The position numbers were made by a program, and so were the translations under genes. A stretch of 64,000 nucleotides of DNA from an uncultured Thermoproteaceae archaeon (lineage in GTDB: Archaea > Thermoproteota > Thermoprotei > Thermoproteales > Thermocladiaceae): NCBI GenBank assembly GCA_964575955.1, contig CAZNTG010000006.1, positions 32,001-96,000 of the forward strand, read 5' to 3'. The notes under the pieces were generated by a model. The model worked only from the letters and a program-made list of their open reading frames with translations. It did no database searches and was not told the DNA's origin. Within the stretch, counting starts at the first letter, position 1. Every line of letters starts with the position of its first letter. Below, piece by piece: positions 9,924 through 19,318 of this stretch.

Positions 9924-10571
9924 TTAATACTCTTCCTCACCTTCAATAACATCTCTCCATTCAACTCCAACATCTTCTCTAAACATAGATCCAACACCAG
10001 ATACAAGTTCTTCAAGTTTTCTACGTCTCATCTCTCTTCTCCATGACTGTAATCTTCTATACACTGTTGCATGTTGTCTACCTCTTATCAGTAATTCTAT
10101 TGCTTCTCTAGCAGCTTTAGCATTTTCATACTCTCCAATAATTGCAACAGCTTTATCAGATACTACTATCTTAGTACCTGAAAGTTCTTCAATAGTCTTT
10201 CTAGCTCTACCTTCTTCACCAATTACTCTACCTTTAATTCTAATTAGATGATTTATCTTTGACTTATCTATATAATCTCTAAAATCTATAACCATCAACA
10301 CGTAGTTAGGCTTTTTCAACTCTAGTGCAGTATTTATATCAAATCCGTAGTTTAATGCTTCAATAACTTCTTTAGCTTTCATAATTTGATTAAGGCTGGT
10401 GTTTTCCTTAGGTTCAATAATTACCTGACCTGTTGGGTCAATACTTATCTTAACATTCAACTCTCTCTCAAGAATATCTTTATGTTTCTCAACATATCTA
10501 AGTCTATTCCTATCCATACTAATCACAATTCTACCTCTAACACCATCTACAGACCAGGTATTTATAGACAT
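9924..10571 (-). CDS. KH-domain RNA-processing protein (Pno1/Dim2/Rrp20)
   Basis: RIKGRVIGEEGRAR, GRQHATVY. Confidence 0.92.
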   Translation of the reverse strand: MSINTWSVDGVRGRIVISMDRNRLRYVEKHKDILERELNVKISIDPTGQVIIEPKENTSLNQIMKAKEVIEALNYGFDINTALELKKPNYVLMVIDFRDYIDKSKINHLIRIKGRVIGEEGRARKTIEELSGTKIVVSDKAVAIIGEYENAKAAREAIELLIRGRQHATVYRRLQSWRREMRRRKLEELVSGVGSMFREDVGVEWRDVIEGEEEY

Positions 10572-10629
10572 AGATTACACTACGATTAGCATATTTATTA
10601 AGCTGATCTTAAGAAGATCCTTAGATCGT

Positions 10630-11592
10630 TTAGAGTGTTGACATTATTGAATCAAATATTAAGTAGAATATTACAGATATCAGAGGTGAGTACAGTATTG
10701 CTAACAATAGTGCAATTCCATAAACATTAAAGTATGGAGGTTTCATAAATGCTAACATTTTCTGCATAAATCCAGTGACACCTATGGGGATACCCGCAAA
10801 TAATAGTTGTGGTAGTGTAAACGCTGCATATATTATCAATATTAATGATGGTGCTAGAAATGCCATTATTGAATATGTCTGAAATAGCAGTGTAAGTGTT
10901 GTTAATACTTGTCTCAGTCTTAAGAACTTATCCCTAACAAGAACATTCAACTTCTGCAATATTATTCTCTCAGGTTCAGTTGTAAGTTGAATACTTTGAA
11001 TTAATGCAGACATGACATCTTTATACACTATAGATCTTGTTCTATCTATACTCCTCTTTATAGCTGTTATAATATCAACACCAAGCATACAATCTTTTAA
11101 AATAAGTCCAAGCTCATGTCTAATTTCAGGATCTTTCTCAACTTGATAAAGCCTAGTCAACACCTCTATCAATGGTGCAGATGTTGCTAATAGTGGAACC
11201 ATATATGATACAGTATATAGAAACCTCTCGTTTAGATGTGTGTCCCTTCTATAAATTTTCATTAAAACATTACCTAAGAGCCCTACTAAAGCCATGAATA
11301 GTCCCATTAAAGTTATCGATGCTGTCAATATTACATATTTCAATATTACCATTCTAGTTATTGTGTAGAGTATTGATAATCCTATACATATTGGTGTAAA
11401 TAGTATTATACTGTAAAGTATTGATAGTAGTAGATATTTAAATAAGTTCTTATTTATTCTATATCCTGTATATTCATAAAATCTATTAGATATATTTTCT
11501 GAAAATGTGTTAAGTATTCTAGCTATATTTCTTACATGTACTAATATTCTAGTGAACTTTAATACCCTCTTAAGGTTACTTGTCTTCATCAA
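10630..11592 (-). CDS. Type IV pilus/T2SS F-family membrane platform protein (TadC/ArlJ-like)
   Basis: TM pair plus T2SSF cytoplasmic domain (ILKDCMLGVDIITAI) plus C-terminal TMs; downstream of secretion ATPase. Confidence 0.85.
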   Translation of the reverse strand: MMKTSNLKRVLKFTRILVHVRNIARILNTFSENISNRFYEYTGYRINKNLFKYLLLSILYSIILFTPICIGLSILYTITRMVILKYVILTASITLMGLFMALVGLLGNVLMKIYRRDTHLNERFLYTVSYMVPLLATSAPLIEVLTRLYQVEKDPEIRHELGLILKDCMLGVDIITAIKRSIDRTRSIVYKDVMSALIQSIQLTTEPERIILQKLNVLVRDKFLRLRQVLTTLTLLFQTYSIMAFLAPSLILIIYAAFTLPQLLFAGIPIGVTGFMQKMLAFMKPPYFNVYGIALLLAILYSPLISVIFYLIFDSIMSTL

Positions 11593-11621
11593 ATTTTTGT
11601 GTATAGTATATTCAACTCCTT

Positions 11622-13193
11622 TTAAGGTATTACTCCTGAAATAACCTTAAAGTAAGTATCTTCGGGATTTATGTGATAGCTTCTAAAGATTCTAAATACT
11701 GTTGCTGGATCTCTAAAGTTGTATCTTGCCATTGCTTCTAGAATTTCTTTACGTCTTTGAACTTCATTAATTAGATTTTCATATGGTACGAGCCTGACCT
11801 CTGCAATTTCTTTCAATAGCTCGCTCTCCTCATATTTTTCAACTCTATCTGTGAGTGGATTGTATTTGTATGGTGTTATAAATCTTGGTTTACCATTTTC
11901 AAATCCTCTAAATTCTTTAATTTCTATTACTCTTCTAACGATTCTATCGAATATTCTAACTCTCTGAATATTGCAAAATACATGAGCCATTCTTAACAAT
12001 CTTTTAGGCACATTCATAGGTTTTGTTGTTAATCTCATTATTGCTGCCTCTACAGTATCTGCATGCAGTGTTGTTAATCCTGCATGTCCACTTGCAAATG
12101 CTTGAAATAGTGCATATGCCTCTTCACCTCTAATCTCACCAATAACTAGGTAGTCTGGTCTTATTCTCATTGAGACTTTTATAAGGTCGAACTGTGTTAT
12201 CTCTCTAACCTGTGGATTGAATGATGGTCTTGTAAGTAATGGAACCCACTGTTCATGTGGAATATTTATCTCTCTAGTATCTTCAATAGTGACTATTCTA
12301 ACTTCAGGACGTATCAAGTATAGTAGTGAGTTTAATAATGTCGTCTTACCACTACCTGTAGGTCCAATAATTACAACATTAAACTTATAATCGATGACAG
12401 TCCATAGATATGCTGCTGCTTCAGCACTTATAGTTCCAGCCTTTATTAAGTCCACTATTGTGAATGGTTCAGTTCTAAACTTTCTAATATTTATACAATG
12501 TCCAAGTGGTGCAATATCACTTAGAGCTGCTTCAACTCTAGCAAAATTACCTATAAGACCTTCAAGTATTGGATTAGCACTACTTACATTTCTCTTTACA
12601 ATTTGTGAAATTTTTACGATATAATTATATATTTCCTCGGCAGTTTCAAATTTTACATTTGTCCTAAGATGCTCATAATAGCTATGCCATACATATACAT
12701 ACCTTCCAGGACCATTAACATTGATATCTTCAATATATGGATCACGCATTAATGGATCAAGCTTTCCAAATCCAACAACATCTCTCATTATGTAGTACAT
12801 GTACTTTCTCAATACTGAGTCAGGTATGTCTAATTTGAGCTTCTTAATAGCATCTTTAACATATCTTTCTAATCTCTCTTCAGGAAACGAGGTTCTTCCA
12901 GTTAAAACGTCATCTAAGATCTTTCTATCTTTCATAATTATATCTCTGACAAACTCTCCAATCAATTCTAGATTCTTCACATCTTCATCTGTTAATGGTG
13001 GTTCAACAACATTGTATACTAGAACACCTTCTTTCTCATCTCTATAAATTATGACATAGACAAATCCAGGAATTACACTATATACATCTCTGAGAAGTAT
13101 CGCACTTTTACTCTCTAGAATCTTTTGAATATGTTCCTCCTTAACTTCTGTTTGTGACGTTGCTTTAATCACGTTTCTACATTTATTTTTCAA
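11622..13193 (-). CDS. Type IV pilus assembly ATPase (ArlI/TadA/VirB11 family)
   Basis: DPLMRDPYIEDI, GPTGSGKTT, IEDTRE, RIRPDYLVIGEIRG, GHAGLTTLHA. Confidence 0.95.
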   Translation of the reverse strand: MKNKCRNVIKATSQTEVKEEHIQKILESKSAILLRDVYSVIPGFVYVIIYRDEKEGVLVYNVVEPPLTDEDVKNLELIGEFVRDIIMKDRKILDDVLTGRTSFPEERLERYVKDAIKKLKLDIPDSVLRKYMYYIMRDVVGFGKLDPLMRDPYIEDINVNGPGRYVYVWHSYYEHLRTNVKFETAEEIYNYIVKISQIVKRNVSSANPILEGLIGNFARVEAALSDIAPLGHCINIRKFRTEPFTIVDLIKAGTISAEAAAYLWTVIDYKFNVVIIGPTGSGKTTLLNSLLYLIRPEVRIVTIEDTREINIPHEQWVPLLTRPSFNPQVREITQFDLIKVSMRIRPDYLVIGEIRGEEAYALFQAFASGHAGLTTLHADTVEAAIMRLTTKPMNVPKRLLRMAHVFCNIQRVRIFDRIVRRVIEIKEFRGFENGKPRFITPYKYNPLTDRVEKYEESELLKEIAEVRLVPYENLINEVQRRKEILEAMARYNFRDPATVFRIFRSYHINPEDTYFKVISGVIP

Positions 13194-13362
13194 GTGAAGA
13201 GTTTATTTTCTTTAATCTTTATTCACATACATAGGGACTACAATACGTATTAAGTTTAGAGTTAAAAGACTTAAAAAAAGAGAGGAGAGAAGACCTCGAA
13301 GAATTGCTATAGAGCAAATTATCAAACTACCATTATACATTTTAGTACTTTTATGCATATTA

Positions 13363-14217
13363 ATGGTAGCTATGCAATCTTTGAAGAAAAGTCCAATCGT
13401 GTTTACGGCAGTGATTCTCAATAAGACGTTTAGAATACCCTATTCTCCATTTGAACCAAGGTTTGTATTAGAACTAATATTTCTATCGATAGCACTTGTT
13501 AGTCCAGTAGCCTTCTATGAGTATAGTAGATACAAACTTCTATATAGAATTGAAGATCAGCTACCTGTAGTTACTAGAATTATTGCTGATGCTCTAAGAA
13601 CAGGAACAGTAATTGAAGATGCGATACAACTTATCGCCAGAAGTGGTATTAGTCCTATAAATAAGATATTAGGGAAAGCACTTGTATTAAGTAGATATAG
13701 ATCTATACCAATAACTGAATCTATAAGAATTTTAGGAAATAGTATTGGTGCTGAACAACTTGTCAGATTTGCAGACCTTATAGAACTCGCGTATAGGTAT
13801 GGTGCAAGAGCTGAAGAAATCTTAGAGGTGGCTGCAAGTACCATGGAATCAATACAGACTTACAAAAGGGAAAGAATGGTAAATCTTAGACCATATGTAG
13901 CACTCATATACATGATAGTATTCGTATACTTGTTCATATGTGGTATAATTGCTGTCCTCTCAGCTCTACACATTACAAACCCTATGGGTCATGTAAAGAT
14001 GAGCATTAACGAGACTACATTAAACATGATGTTGTCAGTTGTTGAATATATAACTCTAATAAATGTTGCAGGTGCATCATTAGTCATTGGTAGAATAGTT
14101 TATGAAAGACCACTTGCAGGCCTGATACACTACGTCATATTAGCACCAACAACATACTTCACATTAATAGTAATGAAAGCACTTCTAATCAGGATGCTAA
14201 TTCCTGGAGTAGTATAG
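13363..14217 (+). CDS. Second T2SS F-family platform protein (TadB/C-like), divergent from ATPase; true start probably upstream
   Basis: IEDQLP...IADALRTG, LRPYVALIY; frame open from 13216. Confidence 0.85.
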   Translation: MVAMQSLKKSPIVFTAVILNKTFRIPYSPFEPRFVLELIFLSIALVSPVAFYEYSRYKLLYRIEDQLPVVTRIIADALRTGTVIEDAIQLIARSGISPINKILGKALVLSRYRSIPITESIRILGNSIGAEQLVRFADLIELAYRYGARAEEILEVAASTMESIQTYKRERMVNLRPYVALIYMIVFVYLFICGIIAVLSALHITNPMGHVKMSINETTLNMMLSVVEYITLINVAGASLVIGRIVYERPLAGLIHYVILAPTTYFTLIVMKALLIRMLIPGVV

Positions 14218-14223
14218 GGTACT

Positions 14224-15183
14224 TTACTCTGATTGCTCTGGAAATATTTTTCTAACAGCTTTTTCAAGTTCATCTTCTAGAGAGACATCATTATTCCCTA
14301 TAGTTATAACGTGTACTTTAGGTTTACCAGCTGCTATGGCTGAGCATGACATCTCCATACTACTGATAGCTGACTCATCACATAGCAATATGATATTCTT
14401 TGTTTCCGGAATGTCTAGTAGAAAACTTGTGAACAGTGTCGCATCTCTTTCAGATAGTATGAAAAACACGTAGGCTTCTCTGCTTCCTCTTATCAGAATT
14501 GCAGGTACTTTATGATCGACTCCTGACATTCCTTTGACATTTACATCGAACTTTACATCAATTCCATACTTATCAGCTACATTAAGTATAACATTTTTAA
14601 TATAATCCCTAATAAATACCCTTCTAGCTTTCTCAAACTCTTTAGCTTCAATAGCATACTGAGGTATTCTTTTAACTCTAGCCTCCTTAAGTGTGAATAT
14701 CAGTCCACAACTTAAACATCTTATCTTCAGTGATGGTGTTTCAAATCTAGCACCACAATTCTCACATACAAACACCTTACCGTATATCCTAATCTCTGAC
14801 TCACTAATAATCTTCTCACCACATCCGGGACATATCATTTCACCACTCTTGTTAAATTCTTGTGTAAATCCAATATATCCACATTTTACATGTGCTATAA
14901 GTTCAGCGATGTCAACATCATTGGAACCACATCTAGGACATACGGGTAGTAGTGCAAGAACGTGATCACCGCAGGATGGGCATGATATTATACCTATAAA
15001 ACCTATCTGTACTAGAAGTCCAAGCTCTCTCATTCTTTGAATACTCTCCTCAGAAAGTACACTATCACCAACGTAGTACTTTATGCCCGACTTATCGATC
15101 TCTGTTATAACAGTCTTAGAGTTTCCTTGAATAAGCCTAGTTAACACCTGCGAAATGTCACTAAGCTTCTTTTCGTTTGACAT
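14224..15183 (-). CDS. Multi-Zn-ribbon TackOD1-like protein with C-terminal restriction-endonuclease-like domain
   Basis: CPSCG, CPRCGS, HVKCGY, CPGCG, CENCG, CLSCG; then KGMSGVDHKV. Confidence 0.75.
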   Translation of the reverse strand: MSNEKKLSDISQVLTRLIQGNSKTVITEIDKSGIKYYVGDSVLSEESIQRMRELGLLVQIGFIGIISCPSCGDHVLALLPVCPRCGSNDVDIAELIAHVKCGYIGFTQEFNKSGEMICPGCGEKIISESEIRIYGKVFVCENCGARFETPSLKIRCLSCGLIFTLKEARVKRIPQYAIEAKEFEKARRVFIRDYIKNVILNVADKYGIDVKFDVNVKGMSGVDHKVPAILIRGSREAYVFFILSERDATLFTSFLLDIPETKNIILLCDESAISSMEMSCSAIAAGKPKVHVITIGNNDVSLEDELEKAVRKIFPEQSE

Positions 15184-16366
15184 ATATTGGTAAACTTCTG
15201 TCTCCAGTATTTAATACTTCTTCTATCTCTCTAATAACCGAAAGTCTTACATCTATATTTCTAACTCTCTTAGATAGATAATGGTACTGTTTTACAGAGT
15301 TTGTGTAGATAACATCATACTTCTCAACTATACTATCAATATATGATGATACGAATAGGCAAGTATCATAGATAATTTTGAAACAGACATTTCCATTTAG
15401 AAACATTTTACAAAATCTAGATGTGAAAATCCAGACATTATTAAAAAGTTCACACTTAAATTTATCTAAATGACAAATCTTTCTCACAGAATCTTTAGAC
15501 ATGTGTGGACATCCTAAAACTACAATCTCATGCTTTTTTAAATCTCTAAGAGATAGTTGAATTGAAATATCTTTAATCTCTCTCTCAATATCTCTAATAT
15601 CTATACTTAGCCTACTTTCTATATTCATACTATCTCTGTAGTATTTATAGTTTGTTGATAATCTATCTATTATTACTAATGTTGAATTACTATACGTTGA
15701 GAATGATGCTAAGAAGGATTTTAAGCTCTCAATATTTTTAAATAATGTTTTTGATGGTTTTAGATATACTACATCTAGATCTTTACTATATTTTTCACCA
15801 ATAATCTTTCCTAATACTCCAGCTTCTACACAATTTAATTCTCTATTATTTCTAACTTCAACATATATTTTCGGTATTCTATTTTTAGGATTTGATAAGC
15901 CTATAAGTGGCATCTTACCAACCAATGCACATATTAGTGCTAATGGGCCAGGCAGTTTTTCGACATATGCATCATATATAGAGTTTATGAATGCTACAGC
16001 ACTTGATTCAGACCATGCATAGAATCTTCTAGGTTTAATATTTTGATATTCATATGGTATACAGGTAAACCATGTAGATACTCCAATACTTTTTAATATT
16101 TTTAATATTTCTAACTGTGCTTTACATATTTCACAATTTTCTCTATATAAATCTTCAATACACATACACATTGGATTACAGGTTGTGAAAACTTTTACTC
16201 TACATTTTGATGTGTATAAATCTTTTAGAAATTCTAGACCTGCTTTTCCAATATTTATGTATGATATTCCTGATATGTGTGATGATTCTACATCAACATA
16301 TTTTTCATATCCTAAGTTTGACAATACTTCTCTCAACTTACTAAATATCTCTTCTACATTTATCAC
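15161..16366 (-). CDS. Aconitase X catalytic subunit (phosphomevalonate dehydratase large subunit-like)
   Basis: HISGISYINIG, TTCNP, TCIPY, AWSESSAVAFINS, LGCPH, DTC. Confidence 0.85.
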   Translation of the reverse strand: MINVEEIFSKLREVLSNLGYEKYVDVESSHISGISYINIGKAGLEFLKDLYTSKCRVKVFTTCNPMCMCIEDLYRENCEICKAQLEILKILKSIGVSTWFTCIPYEYQNIKPRRFYAWSESSAVAFINSIYDAYVEKLPGPLALICALVGKMPLIGLSNPKNRIPKIYVEVRNNRELNCVEAGVLGKIIGEKYSKDLDVVYLKPSKTLFKNIESLKSFLASFSTYSNSTLVIIDRLSTNYKYYRDSMNIESRLSIDIRDIEREIKDISIQLSLRDLKKHEIVVLGCPHMSKDSVRKICHLDKFKCELFNNVWIFTSRFCKMFLNGNVCFKIIYDTCLFVSSYIDSIVEKYDVIYTNSVKQYHYLSKRVRNIDVRLSVIREIEEVLNTGDRSLPIYVKRKEA

Positions 16367-16451
16367 ATCTATAACAACTTTTCTAAATATTGTAAAGCTC
16401 TACGTTTATAAACTAGTTCAAGTCTAGTAATTAATTGGGGATTAGTTACAG

Positions 16452-16742
16452 ATGACGAGAATTAGGAGGCTTGTACTTGATGTTGATATTCCATCTAAGG
16501 TTAGCATTGTCGAACTTGCTAAAAATATAACTAAGGTTCCAGGTGTTAAGGCTGTAAATATTACTGTAGAGGAGACTGATGTTGATGTTCTTGGACTTGT
16601 AATCATTGTTGAGGGTGATGATATAAATTTTGAAGAATTGAAAAAGGTTATTGAATATCATGGTGCTGCAATACATGGTGTTGATCAGGTTGTAGCTGGT
16701 GATCGAATTATTGAATATCCTGTGAGAATTGTTAGAAGGTAG
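16452..16742 (+). CDS. DUF211 family protein
   Basis: IRRLVLDVDIP...GAAIHGVDQVVAG. Confidence 0.88.
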   Translation: MTRIRRLVLDVDIPSKVSIVELAKNITKVPGVKAVNITVEETDVDVLGLVIIVEGDDINFEELKKVIEYHGAAIHGVDQVVAGDRIIEYPVRIVRR

Positions 16743-16793
16743 TCTAACATGTCTAATGTAAATGTTAAATAGTTCTCCATAGTTAAGCATGGA

Positions 16794-18143
16794 GTGTATA
16801 GATTTGACGTTGTTATAGTAGGTGGTGGTACTGCTGGACTATACGCAGCTTACAACCTTGCTAAATTTGGATTCTCTGTATGTGTAGTAGAGCAAAAATC
16901 TGTAGATTCATTATACAAGATTACTGGAGATGCAATAGGTAAGCATCACATAGATAGACATGGTATTGATATTAGTGGAATTGTTGAAAATTTCTATAAA
17001 GGAGCACTTGTATACAGTCCTGACGAGGACGTAAGATTGAAAGTTCCAGGAGAAGGATATGCACTAGACATATCAGGATGGTTGAAAAGATTAGCAAGTA
17101 TGGCATTGTCTAGAGGAGTAACAATACTAGATAAGACAACATTCACAAAACCTATAGTAGATGGTAAATATGTAGTTGGTGTTAGATGTAGAAGAGATGG
17201 AGATGTTGAAATATATTCAAAAGTTGTTATAGATGCGTCAGGAGCTACAGCAGTTGTAAGAACAAGACTTCCATGGAATATACCATTCACAGAACCTTTA
17301 AAATATGAAGATGTCTCATATGCATATAGAGAAGTTGTTGAATTAGACTCAGAACCTGAAGAGAGAGAATACATAAGGATATATCTAAATCAGAATATTG
17401 CACCAGGAGGATATTGGTGGTTCTTTCCAAAGAAGGGGAGTGTAGTTAACGTTGGTCTTGGAATTTGGGGTAAGTATGTTAAAGAGTTGAAATATAGTCC
17501 ACTAGAATTTTATAAGGATAAGTTATTGAAAGTTAGAAGAGAATTACAGAATAGAAAAATAATAAACTCAGGTGGTGGCATTGTTCCAACTAGAAGACCA
17601 CTAGAGACATTGGCATGGTATGGTATTGTTGCTATTGGTGATGCAGGTGTTACTGTAAATCCAGTACATGGTGGTGGTCTAGGTCCTGCATTACTTTCAG
17701 CAAAGCTTGCATCAGAGACAATAGCTGAAGCATGGGAGAGAGGTAGTATGAGTTTAGAAAATCTGTGGAACTACAATATTAAATATATAGAGGAGTATGG
17801 TAAAAAACAGGCAAAACTTGACATATTTAGACTAGCACTTCAACATATGAATAATGAAGAAATTGAGAGAGGTTTAAAGGCTGGTCTTGTAGATGAGAGT
17901 GAGGTCTTATCAATATCATCAGAAGCTAGAACATCATCAATATTTGACAAGTTGAAAAAGCTTTTAAAACTTAGAAAAGTACCATTTTCACTAGCTAGAA
18001 AACTTATACTATCTTTCACATATATGAAGAAGATTGAAAAGCTCTACGATAACTATCCTAGAGATCCTAAAGATCTTGATCTCTGGATTGAAAAACTTAG
18101 AAAACTATATTCAGACTACTTAAAGACACTTAAGAAGATATGA
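16794..18143 (+). CDS. Digeranylgeranylglycerophospholipid (geranylgeranyl) reductase
   Basis: GGGTAG, APGGYWWFFPK, GDAGVTVNPVHGGG. Confidence 0.92.
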   Translation: MYRFDVVIVGGGTAGLYAAYNLAKFGFSVCVVEQKSVDSLYKITGDAIGKHHIDRHGIDISGIVENFYKGALVYSPDEDVRLKVPGEGYALDISGWLKRLASMALSRGVTILDKTTFTKPIVDGKYVVGVRCRRDGDVEIYSKVVIDASGATAVVRTRLPWNIPFTEPLKYEDVSYAYREVVELDSEPEEREYIRIYLNQNIAPGGYWWFFPKKGSVVNVGLGIWGKYVKELKYSPLEFYKDKLLKVRRELQNRKIINSGGGIVPTRRPLETLAWYGIVAIGDAGVTVNPVHGGGLGPALLSAKLASETIAEAWERGSMSLENLWNYNIKYIEEYGKKQAKLDIFRLALQHMNNEEIERGLKAGLVDESEVLSISSEARTSSIFDKLKKLLKLRKVPFSLARKLILSFTYMKKIEKLYDNYPRDPKDLDLWIEKLRKLYSDYLKTLKKI

Positions 18144-18727
18144 CTCGAGAAGCAGAGCTTAGAAGACTGTTAGCAGAAGTGTTTAGATGGACATATCTTA
18201 AAGGATTAACAACAACACTTGGAGGAAACGCATCTGTAAAACTTGATGATGAGACAATACTGATAACACCATCAGGAATGCCTAAACACATGATAAGACC
18301 AGCACATATAGTTAAGATGAAGCTTGATGGAACAGTTCAAGGACCAGGAAAACCATCATCAGAGTGGAGAATGCATGTTGAGATATATAAGACTAGAGAT
18401 GATGTTAGAGCTGTACTTCACGTACATTCACCACACATATTAGCACTCTACGAAGCTGGATATAAGCTTGATATAGATATTGTAGAATTGAAAACCTATG
18501 TAGGACCTACAATACCAGAAGTTGGCTATCTAACGCCAGGAAGTCAAGAACTTGCAGAAGCAGTAGCAAGAGCATTAAGACCTAGGAATGTACATGCAGT
18601 AATTTTAAGAGGACATGGAGTAGTAACTGTAGGTTCAAATATACTAGAAGCTCTAAATAGAGCAGAAATACTAGATCAGGCAGCGTATATAACAATATTG
18701 AGAAATATGTTAACGAGAGAACGTTAA
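18140..18727 (+). CDS. Class II aldolase/adducin family protein (FucA/MtnB-like)
   Basis: GGNAS, ITPSG, PSSEWRMH, HVHS, RGHG. Confidence 0.9.
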   Translation: MTREAELRRLLAEVFRWTYLKGLTTTLGGNASVKLDDETILITPSGMPKHMIRPAHIVKMKLDGTVQGPGKPSSEWRMHVEIYKTRDDVRAVLHVHSPHILALYEAGYKLDIDIVELKTYVGPTIPEVGYLTPGSQELAEAVARALRPRNVHAVILRGHGVVTVGSNILEALNRAEILDQAAYITILRNMLTRER

Positions 18728-18776
18728 TGATGAAGCACCAGTTTACTGATATTGATGAAAGGGTAGGTTGCTGATC
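18725..18776 (+). ncRNA. C/D box sRNA; both guides complementary to 16S rRNA 5' domain-like sequences
   Basis: C ATGATGA 18727-33, guide AGCACCAGTTTA, D' CTGA, C' TTGATGA, guide AAGGGTAGGTTG, D CTGA 18771-74. Confidence 0.92.
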
Positions 18777-19283
18777 TCACATAAACTCTTCATCTTCAAT
18801 AAAATCCTCAATCATCTCTTCAGCAAGCATCATAGGTATTACTATTCCAAAAGCATCAGTAAAGAATGATAGAAGTAGTGCATCTTCAATCATTCCTAGA
18901 GCTGCAAGTGCGGGTATGTAATCCTTTATCGACTCAGCCTTTCTCTTAGCTTCTTCATGTCTACCCTTAACTACCAATTCTTTAGTCTCATTCAAAGTCT
19001 TATTAACTTCTTTTAAAACCTCTTCCTTCAAATTATTAAGAACTTTAAGACCCTTATCTGTTAATTTGAAAATTTTCCTCTTAAATATCCTACCTCTCTC
19101 CTCTTCTTCAATATAGCCATTCTTTATAGCATACTCAATAACATTCTTAATAATTTCATGAGATATTCCAGATAATTTGAAAAATATACATCTCTCACTT
19201 CTACAACCCTTATTTATAGCTTCCAGCACAAGATAGAGAACATTCTTATCAACACTACCTGTAGACATGTATCTACAAGACAT
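18777..19283 (-). CDS. Winged-helix domain protein with acidic C-terminal tail
   Basis: NGYIEEEERGRIFKRKIFKLTDKG MarR/PadR-type wing. Confidence 0.7.
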   Translation of the reverse strand: MSCRYMSTGSVDKNVLYLVLEAINKGCRSERCIFFKLSGISHEIIKNVIEYAIKNGYIEEEERGRIFKRKIFKLTDKGLKVLNNLKEEVLKEVNKTLNETKELVVKGRHEEAKRKAESIKDYIPALAALGMIEDALLLSFFTDAFGIVIPMMLAEEMIEDFIEDEEFM

Positions 19284-19318
19284 TATCTAACATATATGTC
19301 TAAAGTATCTTTAGGAAA

